Shown here: positions 1 to 6,815 of the stretch, in pieces | Numbering within the stretch: position 1 is the first letter of the stretch | Layout: each line of letters starts with the position of its first letter | Assembly: GCA_034723415.1 (NCBI GenBank) | Contig: JAYEOX010000024.1 | Span: 1-10,250 of the forward strand | Reading direction: 5' to 3' | DNA length: 10,250 nt | From: Fidelibacterota bacterium | GTDB taxonomy: Bacteria > Fidelibacterota > Fidelibacteria > Fidelibacterales > Fidelibacteraceae | Notes under the pieces: generated by a model | Databases searched by the model: none | Told to the model about the DNA's origin: nothing | The model's input: the letters and a program-made list of their open reading frames with translations, nothing else | Made by a program: the position numbers and the translations under genes

Positions 1-567
1 TTTTTCTATAGAATTCCATAGATTATTACCCTCTTTTTTCAAATCAAATTTGAACTTTGCCATTTTCCATTTTTGAACAATCAACCGCAATGCTCCCATA
101 ATAATTAAAGTCAATTGGTCAACCGAAATATCAACGCGAATTTCATTTTCCTTCTGTCCCGTTGCAATTATTTCGGAAATTACTTTATGATTTAACTCCA
201 TTATGTAATTTACTTTCTTGATTAATCGTTTATCGTTTTTAAAAATATCTTCAGCAAATATCACACCGGTGAGTGCACGATTACTTATAAATTGTTCAAA
301 ATGGTTAAAATAAATTGTTTTTATTTGCTTAAGCGAATTTTCACTTTTCAACTTCTCTGTGGATAATGCGATACTATTACTATCTTTAAAAAATGATAAA
401 ATTGCCAATAAAATATCACCTTTACTTTTAAAATGTCTATAAATTGCCGGTTCTGAAATTCCAACTTCTTTTGATATATTTTTTATAGTTAAATTTTGTA
501 TTCCTTTATTAGCAATAATGTTAATGCTTACTTCTGTTATCTCCGCTTGTCTTTTTGTCATTTTCAT
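1..567 (-). CDS. TetR/AcrR family transcriptional regulator (3' end runs off the window)
   Basis: Manual translation from ATG 567 (alternative ATG 561): MKMTKRQAEITEVSINIIANKGIQNLTIKNISKEVGISEPAIYRHFKSKGDILLAIL...GALRLIVQKWKMAKFKFDLKKEGNNLWNSIEK, open to position 1. It has a TetR HTH (TIKNISKEVGISEPAIYRHFKSK) and an AGGA RBS-like motif upstream. It is absent from the ORF track because no stop lies in the window. Confidence 0.93.
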   Translation of the reverse strand, partial: MKMTKRQAEITEVSINIIANKGIQNLTIKNISKEVGISEPAIYRHFKSKGDILLAILSFFKDSNSIALSTEKLKSENSLKQIKTIYFNHFEQFISNRALTGVIFAEDIFKNDKRLIKKVNYIMELNHKVISEIIATGQKENEIRVDISVDQLTLIIMGALRLIVQKWKMAKFKFDLKKEGNNLWNSIEK

Positions 568-578
568 TATATTTTCCT

Positions 579-598
579 GTTAGTTATTACTCACTAAC
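579..598. promoter_or_regulatory. Palindromic operator, probable TetR autoregulatory site
   Basis: GTTAGTTATTACTCACTAAC matches its reverse complement at 16/20 positions and lies between the -10 box and the RBS of the tetR-family gene. Confidence 0.75.
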
Positions 599-599
599 T

Positions 600-628
600 A
601 ATATACTATGTCTAATTTGATTTGTCAA
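600..628 (-). promoter_or_regulatory. Sigma70-type promoter of the TetR-family gene
   Basis: Minus strand reads TTGACA (628-623), a 17-nt spacer, then TATATT (605-600). Confidence 0.8.
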
Positions 629-736
629 GTTTTTTTTGGATTATTTTATATAATTTATAGAATATTTTATAATATTGTGTTTTTATTCTATTCTATTCTA
701 AGCTAAAGAATTCTTTTTAACCTAAATTAGCATAGC

Positions 737-764
737 CACAAAAGAACACTAAGAACACATAGAA
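737..764 (+). repeat. Short tandem 9-10-mer element (CACAAAAGAA CACTAAGAA CACATAGAA)
   Basis: Three imperfect tandem units. From recall, they resemble the CCACAGAG(A)ACACAGAG-type intergenic repeats often seen around GxxExxY loci. Confidence 0.5.
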
Positions 765-866
765 AAAAATTCATTTACAACTACATCAGCAGTATTGGGA
801 GAATTCCATGACGAAGCGGAAACAAGAGCAGAATTTCTATCAATGATTATAAAAAAAACTTTTTGA
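765..866 (+). pseudogene. folE: 3' remnant of GTP cyclohydrolase I-like gene
   Basis: Plus frame reads KNSFTTTSAVLGEFHDEAETRAEFLSMIIKKTF*, resembling the FolE C-terminal pattern (EKQNS..TTS.M.G.F..D..TR.EFL..I). There is an in-frame TAA at 750-752, no start codon, and the upstream H-x-C-M-x-x-R-G motif is missing. Confidence 0.72.
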
Positions 867-924
867 GAAAAAACTACATAAACATATTCCTTAATTGGAA
901 TTACTTGATATTTAAATATTAGAC

Positions 925-959
925 AAAAAAATGCCAAATCTTCAAGATATGGCATTTTT
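925..959. terminator. Bidirectional intrinsic terminator
   Basis: AAAAAA-ATGCCA-A-ATCT-TCA-AGAT-A-TGGCAT-TTTT: a hairpin with a U tract on each strand, located between the convergent GLUG gene and folE-like remnant. Confidence 0.75.
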
Positions 960-979
960 CTTAATAAACAACAAAAAAT

Positions 980-1008
980 TCTCTGCGTCTTTGCGTCTCC
1001 GCGGTAAA
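980..1008. repeat. Tandem 8-mer element (TCTCTGCG TCTTTGCG TCTCCGCG GTAAA)
   Basis: Three GC-rich 8-mers ending 3 nt from the GLUG gene stop. The minus strand reads TTTACCGCGGAGACGCAAAGACGCAGAGA, a CGCAGAGACGCAGAG-type intergenic repeat (family assignment from recall). Confidence 0.65.
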
Positions 1009-1011
1009 GTC

Positions 1012-4000
1012 CTATTTCAACAACACAAGTTTCCTCGTTTCAGAAAATCTCTTATCTGTTTGTAATCTATAAAAATAAATTCCACTCGATAAATTACTGC
1101 CATTTAATACAACTTGATATTTTCCTGCATCTTGTTTTTCGTTTACAAGTATTTTCACTTTTTGTCCCAACATATTGTAAATCGCCAATTGAACTCTACT
1201 CGATTTTGGAAGTTGATAGGCAATTGTCGTCGTCGGATTAAATGGATTTGGATAGTTTTGTTTGAGTGAGAATTCTATTGGAGTTTGATTTTGAGTTTGA
1301 ATATCATCTATTGTGGTATCAGTAGTTTTTTGCCAAGCTAAATATGGATAACCATCATTTAATGTATCAATTTCCCAAATATCATTATTCTGACTATCAT
1401 CATTTGGATTATCAATAAAATCCCATGCATTATATAATCCTGTAGAAGCTGATGTGTCTGTATAGGTTGCAACATTTTTCATGTCAGCGGTCATCTTGCC
1501 TGTACCACCGTCACTTGAAGATTGTCCGGATCTCTCCAGGTCCCAAAATGAATTACTTACCGTTGAATTATTATTTCCAACGAGACCGCCGACAGAATAA
1601 TCACCACTCACACTTCCTGTGCTGTAACTGTTGCTTACTGTGGAATAATAATAATTATACCCAACGAGACCGCCGACATAACCACCACTACCACTCACAC
1701 CTCCTGTGCTGTAGCTGTTACTTACTGTGGATGAAGAAGAATTTTCCCCAACAAGACCGCCGACTCTACTATTACCACTCACACTTCCTGTGCTGTAACT
1801 GTTGCTTACTGTAGATGAAGAAGAATTTTCCCCAACGAGGCCGCCGACATAATCATCTCCGGTAATATCTACATTTGTCAATCCTACGCTATCAATTTCT
1901 GTTCCATCTGTGTAGCCAAATAAACCAATGTAATATGCATTTGGACGATCAATGAATAATGAATCTATCGTATGTCCTTGTCCGTTATATTCACCCGTGA
2001 ATTTTGTGCCATCATTTCCAATAGGTGAAAAACCCTGTCCAGCTGCCCACTTTTTCATATATTCATAATCAACATCTATATCTTCTGTTTGTATGAAATA
2101 TTTACTCCACACAGAATCATTTTGTGATAACCAATGTAAATTTTCTATATTTGCTATCTTGTATGGATCGCCCTCTGTTCCACTCCCTGAAGGCGGGGTT
2201 GATGTTGGGAGTTGAGCAGTCCCGCTTAATCCCAACTCATCACTCGGATATTGCCAAGCGAGATATGGATAATTATCATTTCTGTCATTACCTTGATTCC
2301 AATAGTCATCTGTTCCATTTGCTGTGGAATCTACAAAATCCCAATAAGCCCAATAAAAACAATTATCTCCTAAATCTAAATCTGTCATCTCTGCTGTTGT
2401 CTTGCCTAATCCACCGGCACTTGAAGATTGTCCAGATCTCTCCCGGTCCCAAAATGAATTGTTTACTGTGGATGAAGTACCATTAAGCCCAACGAGACCG
2501 CCGACATAACCATAACCACCACTACCACTCACACTTCCTGTGCTGTAACTGTTGCTTACTGTGGATGAATAAACATTACTCCCAACGAGACCGCCGACAT
2601 CGTTATTACCACTCACGCTTCCTGTGCTGTAACTGTTGCTTACTGTGGAATAATAATTATTATACCCAACGAGACCGCCGACATCGCTACCACTACCACT
2701 CACACTTCCTGTGCTGTAACTGTTACTTACTGTGGATGAATTATAATTATATCCAACGAGACCGCCGACATCATTACCACTACCACTCACACTTCCTGTG
2801 CTGTAACTGTTGCTTACTGTGGAAGCATCATTATAACCAACGAGACCGCCGATAAACCCATTACCAGTAATATCTACATTTGTCACTCCTACACTATCTA
2901 TTTCTGCTCCTAATGCGTAGCCAAATAAACCAATGTAATCTGTACCTGAATGATCAATGAATAATGAATCTATCGTATGTCCTTGTCCGTTATATTCACC
3001 TGTGAAATTTATGCTATCATTTCCAATAGGTGAGAAACCATATCCACCTACCCACTTTTTCATATATTCATAATCAACATCTATATCTTCTGTTTGTATG
3101 AAATATTTACTCCACACAGAATCATTTTGTGATAACCAATATAAATTTTCTATATTTGCTATCTTGTATGGATCTCCCTCTGTTCCATTCCCTGAAGGCG
3201 GGGTTGATGTTGGGAGTTGAACAGTCCCGCTTAATCCCAAATCATCACTCGGATATTGCCAAGCGAGATATGGATAATTATCATTTCTGTCATTACCTTG
3301 ATTCCAATAGTCATCTGTTCCATTTGCTGTGGAATCTACAAAATCCCAATAAGCCGAATAAAAACAATTATCTCCTAAATCTAAATCTGTCATCTCTGCT
3401 GTTGTCTTGCCTAATCCACCAGCACTTGAAGATTGTCCGGATCTCTCCCGATCCCAAAATGAATTGCTTACTGTAGAACCAATATTATACCCAACGAGAC
3501 CACCTACATCGTTATTACCACTCACGCTTCCTGTGCTGTAACTGTTGCTTACTGTGGATAAATAATAATTATACCCAACGAGGCCGCCGACTCTACTATT
3601 ACCACTCACACTTCCTGTGCTGTAACTGTTACTTACTGTGGAATAATCATTATACCCAACGAGACCACCTACATCGTTATTACCACTCACACTTCCTGTG
3701 CTGTAACTGTTGCTTACTGTAGATGAATGATTATTATACCCAACGAGGCCGCCGATATGATCGTCACCGGTAATATCTACATTTGTTAATCCTACACTAT
3801 CAATTTTTGATCCATCTATCCTGCCAAATAAACCAATGTTTTGTGTACTTGGACGATCAATGAATAATGAATCTATCGTATGTCCTTGTCCGTTATATTC
3901 ACCTGTGAATTTTGTGCTATTATTTCCAATAGGTGAGAAACCCTGTCCACCTGCCCACTTTTTCATATATTCATAATCAACATCTATATCTTCTGTTTGT

Positions 4001-5181
4001 ATGAAATATTTACTCCACACAGAATCATTTTGTGATAACCAATGTAAATTTTCTATATTTGCTATCTTGTATGGATTTCCCTCTGTTCCACTCCCAGAAG
4101 GCGGGGTTGATGTTGGGAGTTGAGCAGTCCCGCTTAATCCCAACTCATCACTCGGATATTGCCAAGCGAGATATGGATAATTATCATTTCTGTTATTACC
4201 TTGATTCCAATAGTCATCTGTTCCATTTGCTGTGGAATCTACAAAATCCCAATAAGCCGAATAAAAACAATTATCTCCTAAATCTAAATCTGTCATCTCT
4301 GTTGTTGTCTTGCCTAATCCACCGGCACTTGAAGATTGTCCGGATCTCTCCCGGTCCCAAAATGAATTGTTTACTGTGGGTGAATAATGATTATCTCCAA
4401 CGAGACCGCCGACATAATCATCACCACTCACACTTCCTGCGCTGTAACTGTTGCTTACTGTAGAATAATAATGAGACCCAACGAGACCGCCGACATACCA
4501 ACCACCACTCACACTTCCTGTGCTGTAACTGTTGCTTACTGTGGATGAATTATCATTAATCCCAACGAGACCGCCGACTCTACTACTCCCACCCACACTT
4601 CCTGTGCTGTAACTGTTGCTTACTGTGGAAGCATCATTATAACCAACGAGACCGCCGACATATCTACCACTACCACTCACACTTCCTGTGCTGTAACTGT
4701 TGCTTACTGTGGAAGCATCATTATAACCAACGAGACCGCCGACTAAACCATCACCGGTAATATCTACATTTGTCACTCCTACGCTATCAATTTCTGATCC
4801 ATCTGTGTAGCCAAATAAACCAATGTAATCTGCATTTGGACGATCAATGAATAATGAATCTATTGTATGTCCTTGTCCGTTATATTCACCTGTGAATTCT
4901 GTGATAGTATTTCCAATAGGTGAAAAACCCATTGCAGAATCAGGGGTTCCAGCATCATCGTCGTGATCTCCAACATTCATAGTATCACTATCACTTGCAT
5001 CAATATCTGCTATTTGTATGAAGTAACTATCCCAATCACCTGAAGTAGTTGATAGTTCTTGCAGATCATTTAAATTGTTGATTTGGTACGGATTGGCTGA
5101 AGTTCCGCTACCTCCACTGTAAGTTCCCGCAAACACTACCGACACTGTCAGCATCAAAATTAAACCTATTACTTTTTTCAT
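1012..5181 (-). CDS. Secreted GLUG-motif repeat protein with T9SS type A sorting (CTD/FlgD-Ig-like) domain
   Basis: Signal peptide MKKVIGLILMLTVSVVFA; GSGT..NPY.I module starts; FSPIGN...FTGEYNGQGHTIDSLFID...IGLFG segments; 18 GGLVG repeats; C-terminal LKQNYPNPFNPTTTIAYQLP...IYNMLGQKV...LSSGIYFYRL...RKLVLLK; AGGAGG RBS. Confidence 0.92.
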   Translation of the reverse strand: MKKVIGLILMLTVSVVFAGTYSGGSGTSANPYQINNLNDLQELSTTSGDWDSYFIQIADIDASDSDTMNVGDHDDDAGTPDSAMGFSPIGNTITEFTGEYNGQGHTIDSLFIDRPNADYIGLFGYTDGSEIDSVGVTNVDITGDGLVGGLVGYNDASTVSNSYSTGSVSGSGRYVGGLVGYNDASTVSNSYSTGSVGGSSRVGGLVGINDNSSTVSNSYSTGSVSGGWYVGGLVGSHYYSTVSNSYSAGSVSGDDYVGGLVGDNHYSPTVNNSFWDRERSGQSSSAGGLGKTTTEMTDLDLGDNCFYSAYWDFVDSTANGTDDYWNQGNNRNDNYPYLAWQYPSDELGLSGTAQLPTSTPPSGSGTEGNPYKIANIENLHWLSQNDSVWSKYFIQTEDIDVDYEYMKKWAGGQGFSPIGNNSTKFTGEYNGQGHTIDSLFIDRPSTQNIGLFGRIDGSKIDSVGLTNVDITGDDHIGGLVGYNNHSSTVSNSYSTGSVSGNNDVGGLVGYNDYSTVSNSYSTGSVSGNSRVGGLVGYNYYLSTVSNSYSTGSVSGNNDVGGLVGYNIGSTVSNSFWDRERSGQSSSAGGLGKTTAEMTDLDLGDNCFYSAYWDFVDSTANGTDDYWNQGNDRNDNYPYLAWQYPSDDLGLSGTVQLPTSTPPSGNGTEGDPYKIANIENLYWLSQNDSVWSKYFIQTEDIDVDYEYMKKWVGGYGFSPIGNDSINFTGEYNGQGHTIDSLFIDHSGTDYIGLFGYALGAEIDSVGVTNVDITGNGFIGGLVGYNDASTVSNSYSTGSVSGSGNDVGGLVGYNYNSSTVSNSYSTGSVSGSGSDVGGLVGYNNYYSTVSNSYSTGSVSGNNDVGGLVGSNVYSSTVSNSYSTGSVSGSGGYGYVGGLVGLNGTSSTVNNSFWDRERSGQSSSAGGLGKTTAEMTDLDLGDNCFYWAYWDFVDSTANGTDDYWNQGNDRNDNYPYLAWQYPSDELGLSGTAQLPTSTPPSGSGTEGDPYKIANIENLHWLSQNDSVWSKYFIQTEDIDVDYEYMKKWAAGQGFSPIGNDGTKFTGEYNGQGHTIDSLFIDRPNAYYIGLFGYTDGTEIDSVGLTNVDITGDDYVGGLVGENSSSSTVSNSYSTGSVSGNSRVGGLVGENSSSSTVSNSYSTGGVSGSGGYVGGLVGYNYYYSTVSNSYSTGSVSGDYSVGGLVGNNNSTVSNSFWDLERSGQSSSDGGTGKMTADMKNVATYTDTSASTGLYNAWDFIDNPNDDSQNNDIWEIDTLNDGYPYLAWQKTTDTTIDDIQTQNQTPIEFSLKQNYPNPFNPTTTIAYQLPKSSRVQLAIYNMLGQKVKILVNEKQDAGKYQVVLNGSNLSSGIYFYRLQTDKRFSETRKLVLLK
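1015..1278 (-). other. T9SS type A-like C-terminal sorting domain of the GLUG protein
   Basis: YPNPFNP, IYN.LGQ.V, SGIYFY and terminal K-L-V-L-L-K motifs, preceded by a T/Q-rich linker. Confidence 0.88.
1555..4752. repeat. Four arrays of ~81-93-bp coding tandem repeats (about 1555-1855, 2463-2860, 3468-3765, 4371-4752)
   Basis: Conserved blocks CACTTCCTGTGCTGTAACTGTTGCTTACTGT (14 near-exact copies) and CCAACGAGACCGCCGAC (18 near-exact copies) are separated by short variable segments. GGLVG counts are 5, 4, 5 and 4 from N- to C-terminus. Confidence 0.95.
1861..4376. repeat. Three near-identical ~608-bp intragenic direct repeats (about 1861-2468, 2866-3473, 3769-4376), with partial copies at ~4756-4930 and ~1505-1560
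   Basis: Offsets are 1005 and 903 bp. The same peptide (FWDRERSGQSSSAGGLGKTT...YPYLAWQYPSD...WSKYFIQTEDIDVDYEYMKKW...TNVDITG) recurs with few substitutions, mirrored by the repeated antisense ORFs at 2124, 3129 and 4032. Confidence 0.95.
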
Positions 5182-5186
5182 AAATT

Positions 5187-5239
5187 CCTCCTTTTTTTAA
5201 CTTATACTATATATTAGCAATATTATTCGTTAATATCAA
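5187..5239 (-). promoter_or_regulatory. RBS and putative sigma70 promoter of the GLUG gene
   Basis: AGGAGG at 5192-5187, 5 nt before the ATG. TTGATA (5239-5234), a 17-nt spacer, then TAATAT (5216-5211) with an extended TGn. The region is AT-rich, so the promoter call is tentative. Confidence 0.55.
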
Positions 5240-5255
5240 AAAAAATTATTTTTTG

Positions 5256-5295
5256 TAGTCATTTATAGTCATTGATTGTCATTGATTGTCATTTA
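5256..5295. repeat. 4 x 10-bp tandem direct repeat
   Basis: TAGTCATTTA TAGTCATTGA TTGTCATTGA TTGTCATTTA. Confidence 0.9.
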
Positions 5296-5306
5296 GCACA
5301 CGGATT

Positions 5307-5326
5307 TTCGACTCCGCTCAATGAAC
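5307..5326. repeat. REP-like fragment TTCGACTCCGCTCAATGAAC
   Basis: Resembles, from recall, one arm of the CTTCGACTCCGCTCAG/CTGAGCGGAGTCGAAG repetitive extragenic palindrome family. It sits between two ACGGAT motifs. Confidence 0.5.
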
Positions 5327-5396
5327 GGATAATTCTCAACTTCAACCATAAAAAAATTTTTCCGTTCTTGCGTTCTTTCTTTCTTCGCGAACTTTG

Positions 5397-5441
5397 CCTG
5401 CCCGACTGGCCAGGCGGGCCTGCTCGACTGATCTAGGCGGG
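5397..5441. repeat. Two tandem 22-23-bp GC-rich mini-hairpin elements
   Basis: CCTGCCCGACTGGCCAGGCGGG (5397-5418) and CCTGCTCGACTGATCTAGGCGGG (5419-5441). The ends CCTGCY and GGCGGG can pair using G-U. Confidence 0.8.
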
Positions 5442-5465
5442 CGTGAAATCTTTGGAACTCCCGTC

Positions 5466-6812
5466 TTACAAATTCCATCTCAAATGAACTTTACCGTTTT
5501 CATAACTTTCATCTATATTAAATCCAATTGTAAGTGAAATAGAACTTTTTCCAGTTGGTAATTTTACTGACAAACCAATATGGTGTGTTGGTTTAGTTAA
5601 TTCTCTCAATAATCCAAGATCATAGAATGCAAAAATATTAGATTCGCCTGAAAATATTCCAAATTCAAAACTGAAACCTAAATATTCTTCAGTCAAATAT
5701 TGTTCAAAATATGCTCCTCGTAAAAAATCTGCTCCACCCAATTTAATTAGATCATAAATTTGAATTTCACTTTTTGAATCAACAATTCCATATTTTACTT
5801 TTATATTAGTACCAAATTTTTTATATCTGATAATCAAATCTGAAGAGATTGTAGAGAAATACATTTTATCATCATTATTACTCTTCATTCCTATTTCACC
5901 AACAAAATAATTAACAAGAATTCCATTACCAAAAATACCATCTAATCGAATACTCGTTCCATATTTCTTCATTGACTTGATACCAATATTTTCCCCACCT
6001 TCAGTCGAATAAATATTTTCTAATGAATTAATATATCCAAATTGCAGCTTTGGATTGAATTGATAATAAATATGCAGATCAATATCTCGCTTCACATATA
6101 AAGTATCGTGAAAATCTTGAAAATATTCTCCCTTTACCGAAAAACCACTATTGAAAATGTAAGGCTCATAATAATTTAACTTAATACGATTTGTCTTCAG
6201 GTTTGGTCTATACCAAGATAGAGATGCACGCCTACCCAATCCAAATAAATTTTGCATTTCGATAGATAAATTCCCAATAATCCCACTCTCGTCTCTTTCT
6301 TTTTTATATGTAAATAGTGCATCTAATTTGGTTTGATTTTTTGGTTCTGTATATAATCTCAATCCCGTTTTATAAATATTTTTTCTATTAGAAACGCTCA
6401 AATATTCAATTTGCTTTAAATCATTTATCGCTTTGTTTACTTTTAAATAATTGTATTCACCTAATGGCAATTCAGTAATATCCCGTTCAATAATATTTAT
6501 TTCTCTCTGCTTATATTTTCCATACACAATCGTATCAATTGTAACATATTCACCTTTTTGGATTCTGTATTTAAAAATATTATCTTCGTTTTCTGTCTTA
6601 TATTTTTCCAATATTATTTTTGCATAAGGATAACCTTTTTTAACGAATTTTTTTACTTTTGAATCTAATATTCTTTCTACATTTCTCTTATCCAAATTGA
6701 CAACTGTTGAATCATTTCCAATTACTAAAATAGTTTCACCAAACAAATTATTACAAATAATTAATATTAAAATGAATATATTTTTAGTTATATTTTTCAC
6801 GATCAACTTCAT
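5466..6812 (-). CDS. Omp85-superfamily (BamA/TamA-like) outer membrane protein
   Basis: Hydrophobic signal peptide; POTRA-like KKGYPYAKI...YRIQKGEYVTIDTI; barrel-start motif NLFGLGRRASLSW; YYEPYIFN; LGGADFLRG (a VRGF/Y-like lid motif); amphipathic strands ending KVHLRWNL. Confidence 0.78.
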   Translation of the reverse strand: MKLIVKNITKNIFILILIICNNLFGETILVIGNDSTVVNLDKRNVERILDSKVKKFVKKGYPYAKIILEKYKTENEDNIFKYRIQKGEYVTIDTIVYGKYKQREINIIERDITELPLGEYNYLKVNKAINDLKQIEYLSVSNRKNIYKTGLRLYTEPKNQTKLDALFTYKKERDESGIIGNLSIEMQNLFGLGRRASLSWYRPNLKTNRIKLNYYEPYIFNSGFSVKGEYFQDFHDTLYVKRDIDLHIYYQFNPKLQFGYINSLENIYSTEGGENIGIKSMKKYGTSIRLDGIFGNGILVNYFVGEIGMKSNNDDKMYFSTISSDLIIRYKKFGTNIKVKYGIVDSKSEIQIYDLIKLGGADFLRGAYFEQYLTEEYLGFSFEFGIFSGESNIFAFYDLGLLRELTKPTHHIGLSVKLPTGKSSISLTIGFNIDESYENGKVHLRWNL

Positions 6813-6815
6813 AAT

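Noticed and set aside
631..720. Very AT-rich tract with a (TTCTA)3 microrepeat, considered as an origin or regulatory array
   Set aside because: It is low-complexity sequence expected at this base composition, with no DnaA-box cluster or iterons.
749..955. 68-aa minus-strand ORF
   Set aside because: It starts inside the terminator hairpin, and its C-terminal half is the antisense of the folE-like remnant.
1452..4463. Plus-strand ORFs 1452-1814, 2124-2486, 2565-2855, 3129-3476 and 4032-4463
   Set aside because: They are antisense shadows of the repetitive GLUG gene, and their Cys/His-rich repeats arise from its codons.
1555..4752. CRISPR-like appearance of the regularly spaced 31-bp repeat
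   Set aside because: The repeats are in frame inside a 1389-aa ORF, the apparent spacers contain a second conserved block (GGLVG codons), and there are no cas genes.
1012..5465. Complete canonical DGR or integron cassette array
   Set aside because: No reverse transcriptase, Avd, separate template repeat, integrase or attC-like site is recognisable in the window. The DGR idea is kept only as a trans-acting hypothesis.
5293..5478. 61-aa minus-strand ORF
   Set aside because: It runs through stacked non-coding repeat elements, overlaps the end of the Omp85 gene and shows no protein features.
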